A DNA stretch of 64,000 nucleotides from Heterodontus francisci (GCF_036365525.1 NC_090414.1:18933846-18997845); one strand, 5' to 3'. Counted from the first letter of the stretch, positions 25,160 through 39,628 are shown. Made by a program: numbers and translations. Notes: generated by a model not told the origin, from the sequence alone.

Positions 25160-25890
25160 ATAACAGCACAGAAGGGGGCCATTTGGCCCAATGAGTCCAT
25201 GCCAGCTCTCTGTACAGCTATCCAATCGGTCCCATTCCCCTGCTGTATGCCCATAGCCCTGCAAGTCTATTTCCCTCAACTGCCCATCCAATTTGCATTT
25301 GAAATCATTCATTGTCTCCATTTTCACCACCCTCATGGGCAGCGAGTTGCAGGTCATTACCACCCGCTGCGTAAAGAGTTCTTCCTCACATCCCCCCGGC
25401 ATCTCTTGCCCAAAACCTTCAACCTGCGTCCCCTAGTCCTTGTACCATCAGCTAATGGGAACAGCGGTTTTTTTTTGTCTACCTTATCAAAATATGTCAT
25501 AATCCAGTACACCTCTATCAAATCTCCCCTCAGTCTCCTTTGCTCCAAGGAGAACAACCCCAGCTTCTCCAACCTAACTTTGTAGTTAAAACCCCTCATC
25601 CTTGGAACCATTCGGGCAAATCTCCTCTGCACCCTCTCAAGGACCCTCACATCCTTCCTAAAGTGTGGTGACCAGAACTGGACACAATACACCAGTTGGG
25701 GCCTAACCAGAGTTTTATAAAGGTTCAGCATAACCTCCTTGCTTTTGTACTCAATGCCGCTATTTATGAAGCCCAAAATCCCATATGCTTTACTGACTAC
25801 TCTCCTAATGTGTCCTGCTTCCTTTAAAGATCCCTCTGTCCCTATACACTCTTTAGAACTGTACCTTTTAGTCTATATTGCATCTCCCTA
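25160..25890 (-). mobile_element. CR1 LINE 3' fragment
   Basis: ORF 25357..25776 is CR1 ORF2 C-terminal sequence. Confidence 0.9.
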
Positions 25891-27914
25891 TCCCTTTTGC
25901 CTGTATTTTTACATACCCATTTTTGTTTTTCCCTCCCCTTCCTCCTCCACTTTCTCCCTCCCTCTGTCCTGTTTTATAAACTGTTAAATCTCTAACTTCA
26001 TTCAGTTCTGATGAAAGGTCACCAACCTGAAATGTTTCTCTCTCTCCACAGATGCTGCCTGTCCTTCTGAGTGTTTACCTGCACGTTTTGTTTTTATTTC
26101 AGACTTCCAGCATCTGCGGTGTGCCTCCGATTCGGCTAGCAAGACCCGGGACTGTTAACGATACAACTCCCTTGTGAAGTGGGCTAGATTCCCATGCAAG
26201 AAATTGCAAGGATATGGGGAAAGAGCTGGAGAGGGGGGGGGGGGGGGGGGGTGGGGGCGGGGAGGGGGTGGGGGCGGGGAGGAGTGGGACTAACTAGATT
26301 GCTCTTCAAAAGAGCTGGCACAGGCTCGATGGGCCGAATGGCCTCTTCTGTGCCGTACTATTCTGTGATTCTAAGCACTCTCACTCCTTTGTCTCACTAA
26401 AGGCAGAGTGAGTTAACATGAGACATAGTGTTGTTGACATGGTTCACAAGCTGCTTTATTCCAGGGTAACTCAGATTCAGGACACCAAGTGTGATGAAAT
26501 ACACTTGTCTTTTTTCATGCATTCATAAGGTGCGGGCAGTGCATTTATTGCCCATCCCTAATTGCCCTTGGTGATGAGCTGCCTTCTTGTTTACAACTAA
26601 GTGGTCATTTCAGAGGGTAGTTAAGAGTCAACCACATTGCTGTGGGCCTAGAGTCACATGTAGGCCAGACCAAGTAAGGAGGGCAGATTTCCTTCCCTTA
26701 AAGGGCATGAGTGAACTCGACGGGTTTTTCCGACAATCCGGTAGTTTCATGGTCACCGTTACTGATAACCAGTTTTTAATTCCAGATTTATTTAATGAAT
26801 TGAATTTAAATATCGCAGCTGCCGAGGTGTCATTTGAACTAATTTCTCTGGATCATTAGCCTGAGCCTCTGGGCTACTAGTCTAGTAACATAATGACTAT
26901 GCCACGGTACAATCAGAAGTTCCTTTCCTCGTAGCGTTCCAAAAATAACAATGGACACACACATGCTCGCTTACTTTGGTGGACTTCACTCTGCCGGTAG
27001 TGAGAAGAGTCTCACAGCAGCTTTTGCCCATTTTTACAGTTTTCTCCTGTCCCCTGCCCTTTTTTTTTTGCAGCATCACTGACTTCTGGTGCATGACTGG
27101 AGTTTTAAAAATGCCCCCTCTCTCTAAAGACCAGTAGAGATCAACATTGACAATACTCAGGTGCGAGGTATTTTCTGAGTGACCCAGACCCTGCTGACAA
27201 ATGGGTCAATGTTTAAGACTGATGGGTGCAAGCTTGAGACTGACCTAACTTCTAAGACCATTAGTATTGTACCCTGGCTATAAAAGTGAGAGACCATTCA
27301 CTATTTAAGTCTGATAACGGAAAATATTCTCCTGGAGAAGACGGAGGAAAATGGCTTAATTGCTCAAATCCCTCTATAGCCTCGTTCCCCCCCAACCCCC
27401 CCCCCCTTCCCTATCTCTGTAACCTCTTCCAGCCCTACAACCCTCTGAGATCTCTGGGCTCCTCTAATTCTGGCCTCTTGGGCATCCCTGATTTTGATCG
27501 CTCCACCACTGACGGCCGTGCCTTCAGCTGCCTGGGGGCCCTAAGCTCTGGAATTCCCTCCCTAAACCTCTCCGCCTGTCTCTCCTCCTCTCAGACACTC
27601 CTTAAAACCGACCTCTTTGACCAAGCTTTTGGGCATTTGTTCAAATATCTCAAATGGCTTGATCACGAATTCTGTTCGATTACACGAGCATCCGAAGCAC
27701 CTTGGAATGTTTGTTATGTTATATAAATACAGGTGGTTCTTGTTCCAAAGTTGATTTTGAACACTTATGAGACATCAGAACATGAGGAGCATCTCTGATT
27801 GGTCACAGAAAGAAGTGTAGGAATGCTGGAGTGAGTGTTTGGCCTTAACTCCTTCCCTCAAACAACGCTTGTAACTTCACACAGCAATTCTATTGTTTGA
27901 ATACAGTACAAAAA

Positions 27915-28045
27915 TGGGGGAATTGCGGGAGGGTACCAGTAAATGGGGGAACATGGGGCAGAGCACCAGTAAAGGGGATAAATCGGGGAGGAAGGCACCA
28001 GTAAATGGGGGAATTGAGAGAGGGCACCAGTAAATTGAGGGAGGA
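27915..28045 (+). repeat. Minisatellite GGAGGGCACCAGTAAATGGGGGAATT, left part
   Basis: Several units of about 29-32 bp. Confidence 0.75.
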
Positions 28046-28049
28046 TTTG

Positions 28050-29700
28050 AGGGAGAGAAGAGTGGGTCGAAGACTAGTATTTTAAACTTAAATAAGGGCA
28101 ATTACGAGGGCATGAAAGCAGAGCTAGTTAAAGTGAACTGGAAAATTAGATTAAGGGTTAGGTTAATAGAGATGCAGTGGCAGACATTTAAGGGGATATT
28201 TCAGAATACTCAGAAAATACACATTCCAAAGAGAAAGAAAAATCCTAAGGGGAGGACCCACCTTCCATAGTTAACTAAATAAGTTAAAGATAGTAGCAAA
28301 TTTTTAAGAAGCATATAATTGTTAGCTTAGCTTAACATCTGTTGCAGGGAAAATGTTAGAAGCTATTATTAAAACGTGATAGCAGGACACTTTGAAAAAT
28401 TCAAGGTAATCAGGCAGAGTTTATGGTTTTGTGAAAGGGAAATCATGTCCAACCAATTTATTGGAGTTCTTTGAAGAAATAACACTTGCTGTGGATAAAG
28501 GGGAACCAGTAGATGTACTGTACTTAGATTTTTAGAAGGCATTTGATAGGTGCCACATCAAAGGTTATTGCAGAAAATAAAAGCTCATGGTGCAGGGGGT
28601 AGCATTTTGGCATTGAGAGAAGATTGGCTAGTTAACAGGAAACAGAGAATAGGCATAAATGGGTCATTTTCTGATTGGTAAGATGTAACGAGTGGTGTGC
28701 CACAGGGATCAGTGCTGGGGCGTCAACTTTTTACAATTTATATAAATGACTTGGTTGAAGGGACTGACGGTATGGTTGCTAAATTTGCTGATGACACAAA
28801 GGTAGGTAGGAAAGTAAGTTGTGAAGGGGACATAAGGAGGCTACAAAGGGAATTTTAAAATGTTAAGTGAGTGGGCAAAGATCTGGCAAAAGGAATATAA
28901 TGTGGGAAAATGTGCAATTGTCCATTTTGGCAGGAAGAATAAAAAAGAAACATATTATCTAAATGGTGAGAGATTGCAGAGCTCTGAGATGCAGAGGGAT
29001 CTGGGTGTCCTAGTGCATGAATCGCAAAAGGTTAGAATGCAGGTACAGCATTTAATTAGGAAAGCTAATAGAATGTTATCATTTATTGCGAGGGGAATTG
29101 AATACAAAAGTAGGGAGGTTATGCTTCAGTTATACAGGGCATTGGTGAGACCACATCTGGAGTACTGTGTACAGTATTGGTCTCCTTATTTAAGGAAGGA
29201 TGTAAATGCGTTGGAAGCAGTTCAGAGAAGGTTTACTATACTAATACCTAGAATGGGTGGGCTGTCTTATGAGGAAAGATTGGACAGGCTAGGCTTGTAT
29301 CCGTTGGAATTTAGAAGAGTAAGAGATGACTTGATTGAAACATATAAGATTCTGAGGGGTCTTGACAGGGTGGATGTGGAAAGGATGTTTCCACTTGTGG
29401 GAGAATCTAGAACTAGGGGTCACTGTTTAAAAATAAGGGGTCATCCATTTAAAACAGAAATGAGGAGAAATTTTTTTTCCTGAGGATCGTGAGTCTTGGG
29501 AATTCTCTTCCTCAAAAGGCGGTGGAAGCAGAGTCTGAATATTTTTAAGGCACAGGTAGACAGATTCTTGATAAGCAAGGAGGTAAAAGGTTATCGAGGG
29601 TAGGCGAGAATGTGGAGTTGACATTACAATCAGATCAGCCATGGCAGAGTAGGCTCGATGGGCTGAGTGGCCTACTCCTGTTCCTAATTCATATGTTCGT
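28050..29700 (+). mobile_element. CR1 LINE, degraded ORF2 plus 3' tail
   Basis: GVPQGSVLG and FADD coding sequence, ORF 28860..29483, CR1 3' tail. Confidence 0.93.
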
Positions 29701-29704
29701 ATGT

Positions 29705-30095
29705 AGGGTACCAGTAAATGGGGGAATTGGGGAGGGCACCAGTAAGTGGGGAAATTGTGGGAGGGCACCAGTAAATGGGGAAATTGTGGGAGGGCACCAG
29801 TAAATGGGGAAATTGAGGGAGGGCACCAGTAAGTGGGTTATTGGAGGAGGGCACCAGTAAATGGGGAAATTGAGGGAGGGCACCAGTAAGTGGGGAGCAT
29901 GAGGGAGGGCACCAATAAATGGGGGAATTGAGGGAGGGAACTAGTAAATGGGGGAATTGAGGAGGGCACCAGTAAGTGGGGAGCTTGAGGGAGGGAACTA
30001 GTAAATGGGGGAATTGAGGGAGGGAACTAGTGAATGGGGGAATTGAGGGAGGGCATTAGTAAAGGGGAGCTTGAGGGAGGGAACCAGTAAATGTG
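29705..30095 (+). repeat. Minisatellite GGAGGGCACCAGTAAATGGGGGAATT, right part
   Basis: About 13 units of 28-30 bp. Confidence 0.88.
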
Positions 30096-31669
30096 GTAGC
30101 GAGTTCCACATTCTCCCCACTCTCTGGGTAAAGAAGTGACTGCTGAATTCCTGATTGGATTTCTTAGTGACTGTCCTATATTAATGGCCCGGAGTTTTGT
30201 CCTGGAGATAGAGGCAAGGAAGGTAAAAGTGTTCAGCCAGAGTCACACCACTACCCAGTACCCACCTGTACACATAGGGCGAGGTCAAGGAAAGGCACTG
30301 TGGTTGAATAGCCTGTTGGCTATGTCACTGTTAAATTCCCGCAAGAACAGTGGCTACATGGCCAAGGCAGCAGACGTCCACTGATGCCAACAAGACTGTA
30401 ACGTCAGCAAGGGTCAGTGGCTGGGACTTCTGACCTCTGCACTTGCCAGGTCCCGAAATCCCAAACAGCACAGCGTGCGAGCGGAAAAAAAAAAATCATA
30501 AGCCGGGGAGCGCAGGAGTGAAAAATGGTCTTCCTATGCCTTCAGAACGGGGAGGGAATGGGCCAAATCAAAGCGCAAAAGGCCGTGTAGGAGGGGACAG
30601 TCACTGTGAGTTCTCTCAGGATTCTCCTGATCAGCTGTGCTATCAGCGGAAGATTGGTGGCTTACGTGTTTGATCTGGGATTTACGCCGACGCTATGGTG
30701 GCTGATTGGGAGAACCCACCTCCCTAGGAAATTTCAATTGACAGATTTGACTCCCAAGTACTTCACAACGATGGCAATGGCTTAATGGTTAAATTCCATT
30801 CTGTGGCCAAAAGTTTTCAGTGATAACAAAAAGCGAATCATTGACTAATTGCCCACTGGCGACTGGATATTTGTGTTCTTCTAGGCACTGCATCGATTTT
30901 GATATATTCAGCCACTGTGAAATAAAACAGAGAGTGATTTATTGATCTCCCTGTCCCCATTAAGTCAAGACTTAGCGGCATCTGCCAAGCTCTACTGAAG
31001 CGAGCAAATTGAACTGACTGATGGAATCAGAACTTGGCGAATGACAGGGAGAAATTACATGTTGGCTGTTGGTCGGATTGCGTCTCCGGTGACCTTCCCT
31101 CACTAGCAGGAGGGTTGGTAACTAGAGTTTAAGATAATTGATAGAACCATGTTTTTGTGTGAACTTATTCTCATTGTAAATTGCTACACCCACATTTCCG
31201 AGTTTCGCCTATGTAAGCAGACAATCATCCCATAAATTGCTCAAAATGCCTTCTGCATTTAGCTCCCATTTTACTTCTCAGTAACTGCATGTTTCTAATG
31301 TCCAAAATTAGGGTTTTAAACAAAGCACTTATTACCTATTGCACAACAACCTGATTAAAGCACATCCATTGAATTGCAAGGTGCCATTAATTCCTTCATT
31401 TAAGTTTGCACCTACAGGCCTCAGGCTTTCCTATAAAGCCTGCAACTGGATTTGCTATTTTTGCCCAGAGCCATGACGTTGAACTGAATTTGGATTTAGC
31501 AGTCTACAAATGTCCAGGGAACCTAATCCATCAGTGCCAATCGGCTATCGGAGGGATTATTTTGCTTTAGCTTATAGTGCTTGCAGCTCAGTACCTGTTT
31601 TTCAGACAAATTCCAACAATTTTATTGAGGCAATATTTATGTTTTTTTTGTTAGAGCTTCTGTGGGTTT

Positions 31670-32870
31670 GTGTGGGGACGGTAGCAACATGGATACGAAA
31701 TTGGCTGAGTGACAGGAAACAAAGAGAAGGGGTTAATGGATGTTTTTCAGGCTGGAGGAAGGTTTGTAGTGGATTTCCCCAGGGGTCAGTGTTGGGACCC
31801 TTGCTTTTACAGATATATGTTAATGACTGGACCTTGGTGTACAGGGTACAATTTCAAAGTTTGCAGATGGTACTAAAGTTAGAAGCATTGTGAACTGTGA
31901 GGAGGACAGTGTAGAACTTCAAAAGGACATAGACAAGTTGGTGGAATGGGCAGACAGGTGGCAGATGGTGTTCAGTGCAGAGAAATATGAAGTGATTCAT
32001 TTTGGTAGGAAGAACATGGAGAGACAATATAGAATAAAGGGTACAATTCTAAAGGGGGTGCAGGATCAGAGGGACCTGGGTTTATATGTGCATAAGTCAT
32101 TGAAGGTGGTAGGACAGGTTGAGGGGGCAGTTAATAAAGTATACAGTATCCTGGGCCTTATTAATAGGGGCATAGAGTACAAGAGCAAGGAAGTTATGTT
32201 AAACTTGTATAAGACACTAGTTCGGCCTCAGCTGGAGTATTGTGTCCAATTCTGGGCACCGCACTTGAGGAAAGACGTGAGGGCGTTGGAGAGAGTACAG
32301 AAAAGATTCACGAGAATGGTTCCAGGGATGAGGAAATTCAGTTATGAAGATAGATTGGAGAAGTTAGGACTGTTTTCCTTGGAGAAAAGAAGGCCGAGAG
32401 GTGATTTGATAGAGGAATTCAAAATCAGGAGGGGGTTGGACAGAGTAGATAGAGAGACACTGTTCCTACTCGTGAAAGGATCGAGAATGAGAGGGCACAT
32501 ATTTAAAGTATTTGGTAAGAGAAGCATAAGTGACATGAGGAAAAACTTTTTCACACAGCGTGTGGTTAAGGTCTGGAATGTGCTGCCCAAGAACATAGTG
32601 GAGGCAGGTTCAATTGAAGCATTCAAAAGGGAATTAGACTGTTATATGAAAAGAATGTGCAGGGTTACGGGGAGAAATCTTACAATTGCTTAAGAGAAGC
32701 AAAAAGACAATCTGTTCCAGTAAACAATCAATCCATATAAGAAACTTTACACTCACTTTCTCAGAATTGTGTACTGTTTTGCATAATGGAACGGAGGGAA
32801 TTGCTCTTTGAGAGCCAGTGTGGACACGATGGGCCGAATGGCCTCCTTCTGCACTGTTACGGTTGTGATA
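31670..32870 (+). mobile_element. CR1 LINE 3' portion
   Basis: ORFs 31510..31893 (PQGSVLGP) and 31890..32693 (LYKTLVRPQLEYCVQFW, FFTQRVV). Confidence 0.93.
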
Positions 32871-33109
32871 CTGTGTACATCTGTGTGAGAAATAATTGAC
32901 AGTGTACTAACAACAAAGCTATTAAAGTCATGTTTTATTAACTTCATAATCTCGGGAACTCACAATTCCGAAGTCTGTTTCATTTTAATGAAAGGAAAAT
33001 GAAGAGCTGGACATTTTTGATCTCCTGGGACCCTCTCTCTTTGAGCAACACTCCTCACTGGGAGCAGCGGGTCAGGGGGCTACCTGTCTTATAACACAGG
33101 TGCCAGCTG

Positions 33110-33495
33110 GGTGGCACACTTGCCTCTGCGGTGGAAGGTCGCAGGTTCAAGTCACACTCCAGAGACTTCAGCACAAAATCTCGGATGGTCTCGTGCAGTA
33201 CTGAGGGAGTGCTGCACTATCAGAGGTGCGAAGGTCAGGTGGACCAAATAAGATCCCAAATCTTGAACAGTAGGGGAGTTCTCCTCAGTGCCCTGGTCAA
33301 TATTTATCCCGTGACCAACATCGCTAAAATGATTATCTGGTCGTTATCTCATTGCTGACCATGGGATCGTGCTGCGTGCAAACTGGCGACCGCATTTCCT
33401 ACAATAGTGACTACACTAAAGTGGATAATTGACTGCAAAGTGCTGTGGCATGCCGCGGTCACGCAAGGCCCTATATAAATACAAATCTTTCTTCT
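33110..33495 (+). mobile_element. Deu-domain SINE
   Basis: ggttcaagtc box B, then gtactgagggagtgctgcact core and ctatataaat tail. Confidence 0.7.
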
Positions 33496-36400
33496 CAATT
33501 ATATGAAATGAGCATGGAGCACTTGGTCTCCCATTTGTACTTTCTTGGGACAGGAGCGTTGGACCATGTAATACACAATTTATTACTCTGCTAATGTGGA
33601 ACTGTGCACAGGAACCTGTCCCTTTAAGACATAAAAGCTCTAATTTCCATAGCCAGAGGTAAATGAAAACAAACTGTTAAGACCGATCATGTAATCGCTC
33701 AGAGGCTAATTAATGGGGGGAATTTCTTTGTAGATGGGCTGTAGGTTGTAAATCCCTGCCATCTTTTTTGCAGGAGGAAAGCAGAAAGAAATAACCATTT
33801 TATTTTATTTTGCTTTGAAACGTACAATGCAAACATTTGCTTGTGCGTCACCCATTGCTATTTGAAGGACAGCAGAGTCCTCTGAATGTGCTGACCAATA
33901 TTCCTCCTTTAATCAGCACACAAAAAAAGGGTGTTATGGGCAAAATTAATTCATTATTGTGTTAATCAGCAATGCATAATCAGTTCTGGAATATGCTGGT
34001 TTTACACCTCGTCCCCAGGAGCATTTAGTTAAATTATGTTGAGAAGCATTGGTCCTGCATTTACCAGAGCTACATACATATTCCTCTGCAATGGGTCTCA
34101 CGATCTTACTATTTGCATTAAATGTAATACCTTCGCTCACTTCAGAATATCCAAAAATGCTTCACATAATGAATTATCTCGGGAGGGCAGTAGCTTCAGT
34201 AATACAAGTCAACTGTACACAGCCCCATCCCCGAAGGAAGCAGGAGAACTAGTGAGCCGCCAGTGTTTATTTTTGGATGTAACAGTGGGATCAGTGGCTT
34301 GCTGCTTGTGCAGTTCGGGATGCTCCAACATTGCCCAAAGAAAGAGGCAGCTGGTAGACATCCTTCCGAGTGCCTTTTCTGGCTGCAGAACCATCTTTGC
34401 GTCGAAGGTCTCTCCGTGACTATGTTCCGCTCCATTGTCCGCAATTCTTTGTCCAGCCCCATCGTCGGAGCTGACCACAACTGAGTGCTGGTCGCAAACC
34501 TGGCCTGTGCCTTTGAGGCCATTGCTCCAACTAGTCAAATTGTGGCTATTTATGCCCCACATACAATTTGCGTTTGGATTGTTCAATTACAGATTGCAGT
34601 TGTGGTAGTAGATAAGAGCAGTGCAATGGCCAAGGCTCCACGAGCACACAGTGAAGTACTTATAGGGAGCACAGCGCGTTTACAATCTCCTTTCTGTTGC
34701 AACGTCCTGCTTTCCTGGCCTCTTGCAGGATAGCGACCTTTACATCTAACTCCAATAATTCCCACTCAAAGTGGGCAGGGGAGATAGGCTCATTACTCTG
34801 TTGGGCCAGTGGCACTCGCTGCTCCCAACCCGCATCTTAAAAAACAATTCATGCTGGAAGATGGAGTAATTGCTCACAGATCAGTGCTGACTATTCCCTA
34901 CAGGGGAGCAAAGTCCCAACACCACTTTTAGCAGCTCCCAAAAGGCCAGGTGCTTGCCCAGCCGAGATTAAAAAGATCTGTTCGACCAATGCGACACGAT
35001 TTTTGTGTGGTACAGGTGATTCTGGGAAAAATAAACAGCTCTTCAACGCATTTGTTTGCTCGCGCTCCACACAAAGGCACCTGCGCAAGCACAACACGTT
35101 AATTTGATCTGTGTCCCAAAACAGCCGCAACATTAAAAACACTAAGCCTTTTACTGCAATTTATTAGCTGCTTAATCAACATATACACTAATAGATTAAA
35201 TGTAACCAGTGCTATCAGTAGGACCTACTGGGGTGCAGCTCACAGCTGGCCTGGAGTGGGACTGCGATGTTCAAATGCAAACTGAGCCTGCCCCTTTTAA
35301 GACCATTGCTGCAGTTAGACCAATCTAAGTTAGTGTAGCTATTTATACCCCATTGACATTTCAGGCTCCAGGACAGTAAGCTTTCTCCTTCAAAATAAAA
35401 GTCACATCTGTAACAATGTGATGTCTGGCGTGTGTTGCTATTTATATAACTATCAACAGATGAGAACACACACACTTGAGACAATGCGGTATTAAAATGT
35501 CCCCACATACTTCCCAGGACTAGATTGTTAAAATTACACACATTGTTGCATCAAACTAGTGCCAAGCTTGGACGTTTTATTTAATAGACAGAGGTTTATT
35601 TCAAATACAAAATGTAAGTAAAAAAAAATTCACCAGCCAAGGTTCATACTGGATTTGATTTATAACGAATCAGTAAATTGGCACACAGCGCACATATCTC
35701 GATCATTTGTTTGAGAAAGGGGAGCCTTAGATCCAGATGTCGCACGTCCCACTTTTGAGTTGATGGCAAGACATCTCTTGTGATAGTAATTTGCCCACAG
35801 AAAATCACACCTGCCACCAGCGACAGAGCCATAACCACCAGCATTTTATACCAGTGAGTTTCTCCCCATTCTGGAATACACTCGGATTGGAAGGACAAGA
35901 TTGATATTAATGCTGCTGGCTGGGGTTTCAAAGTTCAATTAACATGAGCATTTCTGACACTTCCCCGAAATCCCTAATGAGAACATACTGGCTCCTTTGA
36001 ACACGCAGCCATGTTGCTCCACAGGAGACAGGATGCATAGTAAACATGATAGCTTAATGTACTCAAACGATGCTGAATACTGTGGTCCTGCCAGCCGAGT
36101 TCTACCAATAAACCGATTTCTGCCACGCTACACAACAGCCTAATGCCCCCAATGACATTTTATCGACCCCGCACCCCTCAGGAGCTGCTGCTGGTTCACA
36201 CCGCCATTGTGGGGGAGGGGGGGGGCAGTTAGGTCCATTTCTCAGCATCAATCCCTGCTGGAAAGAGAGTGTGAACGAGAACAGGATCAGGCTGGGGAAT
36301 GCAGGCTGCCTGCACGCGTGCAGAGGTGCTGGGTATTGTCAGTGGTGAGGGGTAATGGTGGAGGGACTGTATCCTCCTTAGCAAATGTCAGCACTACCCG

Positions 36401-37359
36401 GGGTGGGGTGGGAGTCATACACCACAGGTCAATCAGCAATAAAGGGGAAAGAAAGGTTTACGTTTCATTCTTCAGCAGAGGCAATAATCTTTCTGTCCAC
36501 TTCAGATTGCCCCACGACACATTTGCTGCTTTGACGACAGATTAACATTTTAAAAACAATGTTTTTTAAACAATTCGTGACATTTACTAATTTTCTCTAT
36601 CCTACCATCTCAAAGCAGCGCTATCAAAAAGAAAAACAAAAGCTACAAAAATGCTGGTAATCTACAAAAAGAAACAGACAGCGTCAGAAAGAAGCGACAG
36701 GTTAACGGTTCTGGAGTAGACCCTTCACCCCTGCTGCCCCCCGCGAAACATTGACCCCCTCTCTCCTTACAAGATTCTGCATCCAGCTGTGCATTTGTAG
36801 TTTTTGTGCTGAGGGATTATGATGGTTGTGTGGGGGGGGGGGTGGTTTTATGACAATAACCGTTTGGCCCAAGCTCCCTGCTGGTTCAGAGGAGGACCTT
36901 GCTTTGCTCGCAGTGATCAGTCAAACCGCAAATACCCCAACAAGACAAAAAAGTAAGCGTTCTAGCACATAATACTCAGAGCTCAGCACAAAGGCTCAAT
37001 TATGGCTCTATCAATCTGTAACAGGGGTTGTCAAATGGTGGAAAGCAGCAGTCAGCAGTGAGTGGTGATTTTGTACACTGCTTAGCAATGTGTTTATGAA
37101 TGGCAATATTCCAAGGAGACATCAATACAACCAGCACCCCCTCCGCAAAGAAATCACCACGGGATATAGTCCCTGGATTGAGTCTCCTCCAGTCCTCTAC
37201 ATTCCTACAACTACAGGGTAAAATAAAAAAGAGTTCTATATTTCTCCGATGGTTGGATCGCCATGCATGAGGCTCACGCTGCCATGAAATCCTCTAGCTT
37301 TTTTTTAAAAAAACTAATCAGTTGTCCCAAAAGAGACAGTGGTTCCCGTTGATTCCATG

Positions 37360-37440
37360 TCATTCGACGAGCAAATCAAAGCGCTCTGCGTCTTCAAAAC
37401 TTGCATTCATCTGAGCAGCCCACTTGTCCAGTGCTGACTT
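37360..37440 (-). CDS. CDCA5: Sororin last exon (KSALDKWAAQMNASFEDAERFDLLVE*)
   Basis: Hallmark C-terminal sororin domain (human KTELDEWAAAMNAEFEAAEQFDLLVE); ttttacag acceptor, TGA stop. Confidence 0.96.
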   Translation of the reverse strand, partial: KSALDKWAAQMNASFEDAERFDLLVE

Positions 37441-38599
37441 CTGTAAAACAGGGGGGTGAATCACATCAGGCAGAGAGCTGGTAAACATCAAGCAGAGCCT
37501 TTAGCTGCCCTCTTTGTGACTCAACGCACGTACCTGGGTGCTCAATTTTGAGCTATGTGTCACAATCCTGACCAGCAGGATGTTGAGCAGGTCTGGACAA
37601 CAAAACAGGCACATCTTGTTCCTAACTGCAAGGACGACACGCACTACTCAGCATTAACTTGTCCCAGTTCAGGACATCTTAAACTAGCTGTTACCATTAC
37701 TGTTCATCCGAAAAAAAAAGATACTTAAAAACATAGAACAGAAAGAGGTGAGGATCAGCACTGTGGATTGTACTTCAGTAAAGTATAACAGTAAAATTAC
37801 TGTATGATGCTTGGATTGTGCAAGGTGGGAATAGTGGTCAGAGTAATGTGAGGTGGACGGATTAACATCACAAATGTGTCATATCACACATTCAAGGTGA
37901 ATTCTACCCCCCTCCTTAATTAGATCCCCTTTAAAAATATGACTTTGGGTCAGTGCAAAATTATAGCACGCTTATGAAATGATATAAAATGTACAAGGGC
38001 GGAGACGGAAGCACGTGCTCAGGAGTAAACAGAGAGTCTTCTCATTGCCCAAGACATGTTCTAACTGTGGAATTCTCAAAAACTGAAATCACTGCAGTTG
38101 TACAGCAGGAATCTGACAGTGAAATGCCACAGACAGGACACGACATCAGGACTTAGGAAAACATTAAAGCCACCCTTCTATTTTGAGACCTGCTGAGAGT
38201 TTGGCCAGATTTGTGACTTGGGTGGTAAAGTTTGGATGCGAATTCTACTTACAGGGATGGCAATGTGTGCAATAAACCTGTGGCACTTTTGTACTGTAGC
38301 AGTATAGCCAACAGATGTAGGAGCATTCCCCTGTCAGCTGCACTGCATGGCATCAATGTAACTGACCCCACACCCCCTCCTATACTTGAGAACTGACAGC
38401 ATTGGGGACCACTGTATGTATGGGTCTATGGATGGGTGACAGTTTCAGGAAATGAAGTGCGAAACGCTGATTCTCCCTCCCACTGATGCAGTAACTGGGA
38501 TCCCACACACTGCAGGAGCCCCAGCCCAACTGGCTTTAGAATATAAAGTGAATGGGAAAGAGCAGCTAATAAGGGCAGCCTCCCCAGAAAAGACCCGCA

Positions 38600-39005
38600 T
38601 ATTTTCAGCACCTTTCACAACCTCAGGACACTCCAAAGAGCCTTTCAGCCAATGAAGTGCTTTTGAAGTGCAATCACTGCTGTAATGTCGGAAATGGGGC
38701 AGCCAATTTGGGCACAGCAAGATCCCACAACGTGATAATGACCCGATAGTCTGCATTTTTCAGCGATGTTGATGGAGGGATAAATATCGGCCAGAACACC
38801 AGGGAGAACTCCCTTACTCTTCTTCGATATAGTGCCACGGGGTCTTTTACATCACCCGAAAGATGGCACCTCTGACAGTGCAGCACTCCTTCAGTACTGG
38901 CACTGAGCGTAAACCTAGATTATGGAGCTCAAGTCTCTGGAGTGGGGCTCGAGCTAATGAACTTCTGACGAGACAGAGGGGGAGATACACCCACTGAGTC
39001 ATGGC
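38600..39005 (-). mobile_element. Deu-domain SINE
   Basis: Same core as 30-435, preceded by a tRNA-like head. Confidence 0.7.
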
Positions 39006-39070
39006 TGACAGCAGCCTTGGAGGAACAGAAGGAAGCAGTAAGATGACTAATGGGTGTGGTTCAGTCTTAC

Positions 39071-39628
39071 CTCGATCTGGGGGAATTTCCGTTTCTTCTT
39101 CTTCTCCTTGGCGATGGTAACGCCAGGGATATTAACATCCCGGGTGGCGAGGGAGGCAGTCGTGCGGGTGGCCTGTGCCCGCAACTCTGCGCACTTCTCC
39201 TTGGAGGTCAAAGGTTTCACTGGCGAGATGCTCAACAGGGCCTCACTAGCCAAGAGTCTCTCAAAGCCAAAGAAGGACCTGCGCGCTGGCACTGGTTGGT
39301 TTGGTGTGGACGTGTCAGAGGCATCACTCGACGAGCACGGTGATTCCCCGTAGCTGCACCCGGCTGTGCTCGGGCTCCTGTTCAAGGCATGGATTCCAAA
39401 GGGGCTCAGGCGGCTGTACGAACGCCGTACCTTCTGGGACATTGCTGTGCTTCTGTCCACCGGTAGGGTGGGCACCGTGTCCGGGGAGTCGCCAGTCTCC
39501 TTCGGAGAAGGGGTCACGGTGGTAGATGTCGAGGGAAAGGTGGAGCCCCAACCCGCCTCAGCACCGAGCACGCTCCCTACCTGAACCGAGCCTTCGCAAA
39601 TATTTTCTTTCATGGTCTTGGGGGAAAT
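39071..39628 (-). CDS. CDCA5: Sororin exon 5 (KEN box, MSQKVRRSYSRL, FGF motif, basic patch)
   Basis: ISPKTMKEN, MSQKVRRSYSRL, SFFGFERL, IPGV..KEKKKKRK; ttacag acceptor and GAG|gtaaga donor. Confidence 0.95.

Noticed and set aside
24485-25402. 305-aa ORF as a novel gene
   Set aside because: Chance in-frame join of a CR1 tail and a truncated RTE ORF.
34036-34765. Overlapping 60-127 aa ORFs
   Set aside because: No recognisable motifs or consistent splice structure; compatible with UTR or intergenic sequence.
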